Part shown: positions 54,122-64,000 of the stretch, piece after piece
Position numbering within the stretch: the stretch's first letter is position 1
Layout of the letters: each line of letters begins with the position of its first letter
Assembly (NCBI GenBank): GCA_036172245.1
Contig: JAYWIR010000024.1
Location: forward strand, 2,232,001-2,296,000
DNA: 64,000 bases
Direction of reading: 5' to 3'
DNA from: Raillietiella orientalis
Taxonomy: Eukaryota
The notes under the pieces: generated by a model
Databases searched by the model: none
What the model saw: the letters and a program-made list of their open reading frames with translations, nothing else
Told to the model about the DNA's origin: nothing
Program-made: the position numbers and the translations under genes

Positions 54122-56799
54122 CTGGAAGGAACAACAGGGAGTCAGCATGCTTGTTCACTTTCGGTATTTCCTTGGGCCGTCCTTCTTCCACGCCTACGCG
54201 CCGATGCGGGAAGGGGGACGGCCCAAGCAAATGCCAACCCTTCCTCAGAGTCCGGCTGGCGGACGCTGGGTCTCGACCGTCCCCTACGGAACCTTCCCTT
54301 CCCGCCTGCCTGCCTTGGAACTGCGGTGACTCCCTCTCTGCGGCCGCTGCCGATGCGGCAACCCGCCGGTCCCTCCGGGTCCCGCCGAGGAAGGAGAAAA
54401 CGCAAGGCTCACGGCGTCGCCCCAATCCCTTCCGCTCGCTCCCTCAAAGCCCAGTAGCCGCCACCTGGACGCCTTGCGGAATGCGCGAGCGCAGTGACTC
54501 GCCATCACCCAGGAGTACAAGAACACCAAAGATTTAGCATCGAAGGGAGCCTCGCGCTCGGTCCTCTGCTGGTTCACTGAGCGAGAGGGTGACCCTTGGG
54601 TAGAGAGAGCAATTCGTGCGGGGCGCGGGGTCATCCACCGGGGGGAAAGTGGAAGTTTAGCAAAGGGGAGCGAACACGGAGTCTCTTTCCCGACTATTAA
54701 TCTCAATTTACTGGCCCGATCCACCCCCGAGGTGCGGCACACCTTCAATTTGTCGAGTCAGAAAACCGGTGCTCCAACTCTTCCGGCTTCGTGACGTGCA
54801 TTCGAGATCTTGCTCAGGTTCGGGCTGGTACCTCCCCAGGGAATTCGCGGAGGATACTGACCTCGACGCAGGTTCAACCTTCCTGTCCTTATCTTTCTCC
54901 TCCTCGTTTTTTTTTCCTTTTTTTTTTTTTTTTCCCGCTTCCTTTCTGTCCGAATAGCCACTACCTCCAGACGCCATTCATCTCCAGAGCACGCGCCACC
55001 GCTCCTTTTGCCGTGACGTCGTCGCTACGGTGTTGCTCCACCGATAGTCGCGGATTTCTTTATACTCTCCTAATGCCTGCAGCAATAAATGGAGGATTAT
55101 TACTGGATCGAATACTGTTGCCCTGGGTAGCATACTGGTTCATCTACCGAGATGCCTTATCCGAGAGCATGGGATGACTTGGGAGCGAGAAAAACTCCCT
55201 CGCAAAAATAAAACTAAGAGGAAAATGCCTTCCATCCTTCCCAAGCCGGAAACGCTTGAGTTTTCCAAGCACATGGAGCCTCCGCTCCTTATTTGTGACC
55301 GGTCTTGGGGCCCGCGTGCTTTCCTTAAGGGAGGAGAACCCGTTCTTCGTCTGCTGAAGAAGCGATTTCCTTTCCAGACATCCCGACGCGTACACTCGAT
55401 GCTAAAGGTAAACCCCCTGCTTCCCGGACGTCACACAGGGACGCGCTATCTAAACGGACGCCAGTTTCAAACGAACTCGAACTTTCGCTGTTTGAGTTTT
55501 CGAATTCGACGCCTCCGAACAGATCTCTCCTGAATCCTCGACGCCTCCCTCCCTTCTCTTCATCTCCGAGTGGGTCTCCTTGCTTTTCATTTATTTGTTC
55601 TTCTGCAGTGAAGCTGCTGGCGGCCGTCCTCTTCATGGTTTTTGTGATCCACCGGATGCTCACTTCAAAAAACAAACTCCACGGAGCAACCGGTTACCAC
55701 GGCGTAGTCCACGCCTCTGCTCTCCGTCTGCCTCTGCGATGAGCTGCGAGCGGACTGTCCGAAGCAGCGCTCGATCGCTCGATCCAGCAGGAAACACGCG
55801 AAAGAGCAAGGGAACACGCTGCCTTCGATTGGGAAGGCAGCAGAAAATCGGCTTCCGGTTTCGGCGATAGAAGACGGAAGTGCGGCTCGAACTCGAGCAA
55901 GGGGAAAAAAGACCCGGAAACGGAAAGTGACTGCTGTTACCATGGTTGACATTCCGGAAGAAGGCACGAACTCTACATTTCCTCCGAGGTCGTTCCGATC
56001 TGCGATCGCGATCGTCGTGGAAACTGGGTTCCCGAGTCTCACCGACCGACTGCATTTCATCTGGCGACTCTCAGTAACTGGCCGCGGTCGCAAAAGGTTC
56101 CACCATTCGCTCGCGATTGAGTTCCTCGATGTGCGAGATTTTCACGTGAGGCGGAAAACCCTGCGAAAGTTGCGAAAGATCGCAGATCGACCGCAAACCC
56201 TTTCCTCCGGCTTCTCCCAGAACTTTGGATTTCGAAACTTACATTTTGGGGACCGCTCTCCCGGACGAGCATCATGCAACTGCGCTCCGTTCAGCAGCAG
56301 AAAGTGCAAGAAGAGAACGATGGGCGCCACTAAATGCATTGCCTGGTTCCCACTGGATTCATGGCACTGTTCGCCTTTCAGATCGCCGCCATGCAGCTCA
56401 CGTGAACGTAAATCGCAAAATCGCCACCCAAACCCATAAAGACCACGACGACTCCAGGCAGAGTTGAACGGATGGTGTCTTGACCTCAAAACTGAACTGA
56501 TTGAATTCACGGTGAATCGGAACATTTTCGTCCAGTCACCTGCCTGCCGAGTAAACGGCAATCACCCTATCAAAACGAATTCTTGGAATATCCCAGATCA
56601 CAAGAGTGAAATTTCTCGATCTTTCTTTTCCGTTTTTTTACCGGATGGCACATGGGATCAGTTACTTGGTTTCTTGCGTGATCCAGGTTTCTTTAGAAAG
56701 TACCTTTTTCTTCTTGAAGTTTTTAAGCAGTTCGAGAAGGAACAAAACTCGCGTGCTTTCAATTCTCGAAGAGCCCATTGATTTCAAGGCAAAGCTTTA

Positions 56800-56835
56800 A
56801 TTTCTAGGGAAAGAGCATTCTCTTTCCCTAGAAAT
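56800..56835. repeat. Perfect 16-bp inverted repeat with 4-nt loop
   Basis: ATTTCTAGGGAAAGAG-CATT-CTCTTTCCCTAGAAAT; the arms are exact reverse complements. Confidence 0.9.
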
Positions 56836-56939
56836 GGCTAAATCAGGAGAGTTTCAACTGCCATGAAAAAAACCAAAAAAAAAAAAAATAAAACATTACG
56901 AAAATGAAAATTGAAATTTTGTTGACGGGTGAGCTACCC

Positions 56940-58200
56940 TTATGTTTCACATGAATATTTGTGCTGTGCATGTAATAAAAATATCAGCTGTCCATTCTCC
57001 ACCCTGCGTACGTTATCCGTCTTCTCCAGGAGACTGCAGGTTTTCCAGCCCGATTCTGCAGACTTCATCTTCTGTAAATGGAGTGGTCCCCATTGGGAGA
57101 ATTTCCGAGGTTCTTCCTAGCAATACGAATTCACCAGCATCCTGACTCTTGTTGTTCTCAGCCTCCAGCTCCTTCTCAAAGTGTTCTACTTGCTGCACTT
57201 CAGTAGTGCACCTTCCTTCTACTTGTCCCATAGTTGTTATTATTGCCCTTCTCCTGTTAATTCCGTAAAGCTCTTGCATCTCAGATTTCTTCAGTGGATC
57301 TACTTGGATTTTCCTTTCGTATGGTTTACTCGTTTGAAAAAAAAAAAGGCTCAGAGGCCGAATGATGTATAACCTCAATGTCAGAAGGCAGAATGACAGA
57401 AGTGTTAAACACTGATGCGGAAGGAAGGCTCATACTTGCAGATGCTCTGTGGTATAAGCAAGACATTTAATGATTTAATGTTTCTTCAACATCATCTTTT
57501 TCCTCCTTCCATCGCCTGGGTTACTTTTTTTTTTCCTTATTAAATCACTTACCTCATTATATAAGGGCAGCACACATTCCTCAGTAATTTCGTTAGCAAG
57601 ACTTATGCAGTCAGTGTTACCCAGTGATTCGTTCCCACATCAATAACGTTTAAAGCTTTTTTTGTATTTTGCCTATTGAGGCTTCATATTCTTTCTCAAA
57701 AACTTGCCAGTCTGTTTTTTCTCCTGATGAGAGAGGTTTAAATTTGCGTTGATCTCCTCAGATTGTTTATTATTCTTCTCTCTTTTCTTTTGTAGGTACT
57801 TTTAGATTGGTTACTTCAAGTTCAATTTCTTGTGTTTGCTGTTGCATCAGATGAGTTTGTGGGTCATTCCCGTCGTCCCTTTTTTGAGCTTCAGTGTTAA
57901 TTATTTTGAATTCAATTTGAAATCGTTTTTTTTTTTTCCTCTCAACTAACCGTACTTTCTTTCTTGTCGTACATTCAGCTTCCTGATGAAAACATTTCTT
58001 CTCACGCTTTATATTAATTATACTTACATTCTGACCGGAGCTAATTAAAATGCAGTGTGGCCCAATCATTTCTAATTCTGTTATTTGCAGGAAACACTCC
58101 GAAACACAGCATGAAAAAGAATTTGCTATTTTATCTGAAGAACCAGACAACCACCGGTCCTCAAAACGTTTTGATGACTTGAGCACTCCACGGACAAACT
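56940..58200 (-). mobile_element. Degenerate non-LTR retrotransposon fragment (restriction-like-endonuclease type, NeSL/Utopia/R2-like), covering the region upstream of RT and the start of RT
   Basis: 57335-57013 encodes MQELYGINRRRAI..GQVEGRC...VEHF...PFTEDEV...ENLQSPGEDG and, after a 1-nt frameshift, ITYAGWR, matching the PGxDGITYxxW motif at the N-terminal edge of non-LTR RT domains. Upstream decayed coding-like sequence (e.g. KTDWQVFEKEY) spans 57640-58200 with stops and frameshifts; its assignment to the same element is inferred. Confidence 0.65.
57349..57470 (+). pseudogene. pepA: Fragment of M17 leucyl aminopeptidase resembling alphaproteobacterial pepA, frameshifted
   Basis: AQRPNDV/(-1)/[33 protein letters not shown] contains the M17 signature NTDAEGRL. 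No start codon or other exons were found. Confidence 0.8.
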
Positions 58201-58700
58201 TTCGCAGAAATCCGAACTATTCCGGTGGATTCCAATCGACCATGGGCCTTACAAACTCTCTCCAGCAACCTCAGAACATTCCCTGTATTTTCCTTCTTCA
58301 ATTCATCATTTAGCCGTGATTTATATAATTTCAAAGCTCCACAAGTAATGATCGAGTGTATAAATCAACGAGAAGGATTGATTTGGTCATATGAGATCAA
58401 ATAAAAAAACGACACTGGGCCAGGCAACATCTTCTCGGGTTGTCTCTTTTTTGGTTCGCTAAGTGCACCTCAACAGCCGGTCCGCGTACCTCGCGGCGCA
58501 CGTGGTCCGTCTGGACACACTGTTCCTTTCCACGCCACTCCGCCTGCCGCAACCCGCAGGGGGACGTGTAAATTCTTCAGGATAGGGAGCACCCCGGGAT
58601 GGGGGATTCCGCCCTATGAATCCAGGAAGGGCTTGGAGGATTCGAATTTCGGGAAGGATTTCCCCCCGTCCGGGGGGGATCGCACCTCTCACCCTGGTTG

Positions 58701-58878
58701 TCTCCGAAGGGGAACCCCGAAGGGAAACCTCCCCTAATGGAGGAGGGTGGTCCTCTCCATTTCAACTTCTCCGAAGGGAACCCGGAAAGGATCCGCTAGT
58801 AGGAATTTCTTCTCCGGAGGGAACCCGCAAGGGAACCGCTCCGGTTCACTCCTCTGAAGAGAACTCGGAAGGGACGCT
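58701..58878 (+). repeat. Four degenerate copies of a ~26-bp motif (TCTCCGAAGGGAACCCGGAAGGGA-like)
   Basis: Copies start at ~58701, 58768, 58811 and 58852. Shorter related motifs occur near 59057 and 59103. Confidence 0.6.
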
Positions 58879-61800
58879 TCCGAAATTCAGGAAATTGCAA
58901 TTCGCTGCAGCTTCCCTCAGGGAATCGCTCTCGCTTGCTTCCTTGCACTCTCTGGAGAGGCAACGACTCGGAGAGTCCCCCTCCCACAACAGGGGGGAGT
59001 CTGCTCCTTTAAACAACTGGAGAGGTGTCTGTGAAGGCTCCTGCCCCATCTTGAAACCGGAAGGGTCCCCCCGATGTGGGGGGTCCGCTCTCCGTTGCAC
59101 GACCGGAAGGGGAACTCCCCACTCCTTTATTCCTGGGAAGACTCGAAGGTCAATTTCCCATTGTTCCGGCCTTCATCGGGGGGCCTCCGGATTAATCCAC
59201 CGCAGGTGCCACGTCCGAATGTCTCGGCCAGCAGCGCCATTGCAGGAGAAACCCGGAACTCAATGACGCAGTGGAGTCAGTTTCTGCCGAAGTATTCGAA
59301 CCCGCGACGCATGGTGCCACGCGCGGAAGCCTTAACCACAGGGTTTCCGACGTTTGTTTGTTTTTGTGGTGAGCCACAGGAAAATGCATTTGTGTTTTTT
59401 TTTCTCAGAAATAATTGCCCCGGCATGTCTGGGTGATAAACTACATCTCAATCTTGATCTCATCAAGGGATTGTACCGTTTTATGAGGAAATAATTACAG
59501 CAACCATACAACAGCGTGTTACGCTGGCTGCCAGAACTTGTCGTCAAGAAAGCCCCCCGGCAAACGCACGGTGAGGCGGCGCGCTAGAAGAGAATTTCAA
59601 GAGAATCATTTAATTGATGAGCTTGGCCTTGAACTTTCAAACGCGCGAGTGTGAAAAGCATAGTATCCGAAGCATCCACATCCTATCCTATTTCTAAGAA
59701 TAAGTTAGCCTTCTTAGAGATTGATGGCGAGGATGCAGTAAAGAAGCGTTTCCTTCCCAAACTGGCTTTGATGGACTGCTGCCCGTGGGTTACAGGTGCC
59801 CAGGGACCACGGAAAGGAGTCTAGGGAGAAACAAACATTGGTTTACATTGTCATTTACATGGATTGCTTATCGATAATGCAAATATTCATGCAAATTGAG
59901 AGGTCATTCCTTTTCTTTTTTGGGGGAATTCTGCATAACATAAAATTGGGAACAAAGGTAAAACCACTAAAAATTACGAGCATTGCAATGCAATAAAGAT
60001 AAAAGTGATGGTAACTTGGCCCCATGGTCTCGAAATGGCCCCATTAATCTTTACGGAGAAGACGTTTACAGTACGATACTCACCAAAAATCTGAAATTCT
60101 CAGCATACCGATGGAAACCATTAAATTAAGATGAAGCAAAAGATAGTATTGGCAGCACGTCTTTAAAAAATGATTTGCTCATCCTTGCATATGTACCGCA
60201 TAAGAATGGAAGTTCTTCTTGTTCATTAGAATAGTAGCTTCAAGATGGTTAAAAAATCGAGGAATTCAGCCTCCGCAGTTATAGTAAATCTTTCTTTCAT
60301 AGTTCCTGTGAGCCTTAACACTGACTCTTAACTTGGCACTTCTGAGCATTACATGTGCTCAATCTCATTAAGAGTACGTTCCTTTTGCTCTATGAATTCC
60401 ATTTTGTTTTGATTTTTTTTTCTTCCAGTTCAATGAAGAGGATTATGCAGTTCGTGAGTGTTTCTTTCCAACCGCGGGCAGAGAATTTACCGGACACCAA
60501 CGCGGGTTAGCAACGCATGGCACCCTGGACCAACTTCCAAGTCGAGCATCGACCGTCTTCAAACGCAAGACCAGAAATCGCCGCCGACGGCATCCGTGCT
60601 GCTTATCTTCTTTCAACTACGAGCTCCTTTATTAAGATGTCCTTTGTTAACATCTAAAGGCACGCACAGCTCGGAAAAGGAAAAGAAACGCAGAGCTTAC
60701 TGAAAATCAAGAACAAAGTCGAAATGAGCAGTTTTCTGCGCCGACACCAAATCACCAGCCTACGCAACTGAAATAAATGTCACCTTTTGCTGAAGGGAAG
60801 TTCCCTCGTCATCTCACGACGGGACACTGCCCGTTCAAGAAGATACAATCGTTATCACTCCACAGATCATAGGAAAGTGAAATAAGAATTCAGAATCTGT
60901 GCACTCTCCTATTGTGTCCCGTCACATTTTCGAATCTTTGTTCAGGGTTTCCAAGTATTCGTGAGAATCCGAATTTTCTTTGAACGGTATGTTTTCCTTC
61001 ACAGTTTTCAAGGGTTTAAAAAATTTAAAATTCTCAAGAGAATTTTAAATTTAGGAAACCTGAAAATTTGAAAATCTATCCAGCTAGCTTTGCTGGACCA
61101 ATATCGCTATTGCTACCATCATTAGCATGAACAGTCTACGCGTGCTAATCTCAGCCATTATACACATTACATAGGCAATCCAAAATCAAAACATTGGTAG
61201 TTCATTAGCATCACCTTTATGTTGTGGATGTTTCTTGTGAATTGACGTTCCGGTTTTCTTGCGTTGTTTCTATGAAAGTGCCTCTACTGTTCATATGATG
61301 TACATAGCATAGCCTATTTCAACCTATGTGCATTGGAACAATCTGATGTTCCTCCAAAAAATGGCATCAGATTCTGCTTGATCTGGAGGCCCCATAACAG
61401 GACTGTGGTGCACCGTAGGCAAGGAGCTGGGTGAGCTTAGATTAGTACGTGATGATAGCCAAATAACTGGACACCTTAACTGTACTATGGTACACGAGCC
61501 GCCATTGAGAATTCCCAACGAGAATAATTAAGAATGACCCATGCCATGGAAGCATTGTATTGGATTGCAATTCTTGGAAACGTAAAAGGACAAATCGTGA
61601 CAGCAGTCAAGGCTTGTCATAGACACGTATGAGTCAGCAGTCTGTATATGGAAGCATTCATTCACCAAAGTCCCATCTCTTCCGAACCGCCTTCTCTGCG
61701 TGGTGGCAGTGAACCCCACCTGGCAAATGTAGTATTTCAGAGGTAGCCATGCCTTTAAAGATATGGTCTTCATCTATGCTGTTTAACATGTAATTACTGT

Positions 61801-62645
61801 TTCATCATCGTTAGCGTGATGATCATTTTGTATGAGGGTATGGATGCTTAAAGTGATAGTTCAAATTATGTGAGACAGTTCAGTCTAGTTGTAGGAATGC
61901 TAGTCAGGTCGATTTGGATCAATTAGAATGCGACAGGAAGCACAGGAAGGCGTCATGTAGCATTCTAATTGACATTGGAAACCCGTTTTTTTTTTTTTTT
62001 TTCTTTGTCAACTTATGGCTTGTTGCCAGAACTGGGCTTTCCAGTGCTTTGTCATGTCTTAACACGATATAATAAATGGACCATATGAATACAATTTTAT
62101 TTCGGTACACTTACATATTGTATCCAAATGAATTCTCGAACAAGCACTAATTTGTTTTTCGCTGCATCAAGGAGGTAATTTTTCTCGAGCTAACAAGAAA
62201 TGATAAATAATATTCGCTCCGTATAGGTCTAGCAATTAACAGCTCCAACATCAGAAGGCAAACCAAAGGTTAATACTTAAGCAAGGGCTGCCTCCTTCCA
62301 ACAGCTGAATGCATCACTCTGAACTAGCAATCACGTGACATAAATGATTAAAGATTCTAGTGTTGATTACGAAAACTCGAACAGCTCAAAACTGACCAGG
62401 TCAAACTCATTATTTTGTGATATTTTGATTTGCTTGCTACTGAGGTGGAATAAGAGATTCACAATAACTTGCATGTCTTTTAATTTGCTTGTCACACTTA
62501 TATAATAGATGTCTATATCTTGAGAATTCTTCACTTTGCTTCTGTGTGCGCAAAGCAGGTTTCATAAAATTCAGCATTTATGAAAATCATCCATTCCAGT
62601 ATTTACATAAGTTTTATTGGCATCATGCTAAGCATCCCCAAAAGT

Positions 62646-64000
62646 TCAGGATGTAGATTTCGCCAATCCAACAGATGCTGGCCTAATCGTCCTGTTATGA
62701 AGTTTATAACCTATTTTGGTAACAACAGCAACAGAGCCTGCAGGTTTATCTGTACATTCCTGATGGCACATTATAATAGAATATGAATCAGAATTAGTGC
62801 AAGCTTACCACTTCAAACAAGGACTCATGTTCATTGGGGTCAAATTTTTTTCCTAATGCATCTATTTGCACCAATCCATGTTGTTTAAAGACCTGAAAAT
62901 TTCAATAAAAAAAAAAAAAAACACCTTGAATAGTACAAAATTAACTTACCTGGAGGAGTCGGGCTTCTGTCATTATAAGGCCCTCTTGATATGCTTTTAA
63001 ATGTTCATTTTTCTCTAACTGATCTGAAGAAAGACTCTCCTTGGCTTTATGTAATATATCTGCAACCTATTGGCAGAAGAGACATTCAAGATATTAACAC
63101 TTAAAGGTGACTAAGCATTCTTAAATGAAATGACTAAGTAGTTACTTCAACTTGAAGAAGAATCAAATATACAGAATGATAGAAAAAATGGACTGTTTTA
63201 TGTGACACTAACTTCTAATAAATCTTTACAAAAACTCTGAATTCCAAATATTTTTGCATCCTCAATTTGCCTTACTAACCGCTGTCTGGTATTTTCTGTT
63301 TCTGCTAAAGCTCTCTTATACTTATCCTAGAAAAAGAAGGAGCCAATTAGGTTGCAAAATTCATTGAAGCATAGCAATCCAAGCTACTTCTGGAACCAAA
63401 TTACAAAAATTAAAGAGCATTTGGTGCCATTCAGTTGCACTTTACAGGAGAAATTAGCCAAGAGTTAAAATATAATTACTATACGTCTACAAAAGTACAA
63501 AGATAAACTTGAAGAGATATTCTGATCTAGCAGTAATATATGCAGTGATGTGATAACCAAATAATAATAAATCTCTGAATAAAAAACTAATTTTAAATAC
63601 GCAATACAATTAATATGAGTTAGAATAATTGATTTCGTTAATATTTTAACAACCAATTGAGAAATTCAAAATAATATTGAAAAAAGTCTACAAAATGAAA
63701 CCCCATTGAATAATCAACTATACTTTAAGGTAAACAGCTTCGCTCCGGCTCCACTTGTCTCCTGAATACTTGCATGTCTACTCAAATAATATAACATTTA
63801 TTACCTAAATTGTGAATTTTCTACAGATTCTTACTCATCCCAATATACGAGTGTACATATAACTATTTTCCGAGTACTCCAGTATTACTTACCTCTAAAT
63901 CGGTAACTTTTTCAAGCAAACTGTTGATCTGCGCATCTTTTTCGTTATTTTCTGGAGTGGTTTTACTATCAGTTTGCTCAGAAGCACTAACTGTACTTTC
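62646..64000 (-). CDS. GRPEL1: GrpE protein homolog, mitochondrial (Hsp70 nucleotide exchange factor), 3' five exons; 5' end outside the window
   Basis: Exons 64000-63893, 63326-63213, 63066-62950, 62892-62809 and 62759-62646, all phase 0. Translation: DKYKRALAETENTRQRLVRQIEDAKIFGIQSFCKDLLEVADILHKA...EGLIMTEARLLQVFKQHGLVQIDALGKKFDPNEHESLFEV...GSVAVVTKIGYKLHNRTIRPASVGLAKSTS*. Confidence 0.95.

Noticed and set aside
54444..54446. In-frame TGA in the candidate CUB-B exon 1 as a selenocysteine codon
   Set aside because: Not at a conserved Cys position, no SECIS element identified, and the exon also needs a frameshift.
58701..58878. Spaced short repeats resembling a CRISPR array
   Set aside because: Eukaryotic context, degenerate repeats, irregular spacing, no cas genes.
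60780..62200. Possible additional minus-strand exons downstream of GrpE
   Set aside because: Some splice-like sites are present, but no coherent frame or recognisable product could be assembled.

Overview
Eukaryotic, intron-rich genomic DNA, most likely from an arthropod (inferred from the CUB-family genes). Genes assembled by hand from GT-AG splice sites: (1) the 3' six coding exons of a heterotrimeric G-protein beta subunit (+, 259-1458); (2) a 7-exon selenocysteine lyase/NifS-like PLP enzyme (-, 10393-16969), head-to-head with (3) a ~21-exon PAN2 deadenylase (+, 19632-40222) that carries an extra Nab2-like CCCH zinc finger; (4) a 4-exon, 733-aa protein I cannot assign to any family (-, 42069-45759); (5,6) two tandem paralogous secreted CUB-domain genes (-, 46814-50887 and 52184 to ~54540); and (7) the 3' five exons of a mitochondrial GrpE gene (-, 62646-64000). 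At 56.9-58.2 kb a decayed non-LTR retrotransposon is interrupted by a frameshifted fragment resembling alphaproteobacterial leucyl aminopeptidase (pepA), a candidate endosymbiont-to-host DNA transfer. Base composition is strongly partitioned: AT-rich over ~13-30 kb and >60 kb, GC-rich over ~40.3-56.5 kb. Many introns are only 44-57 nt. The 3-10 kb region is unresolved. No searches were run; all homology calls come from motif recognition.
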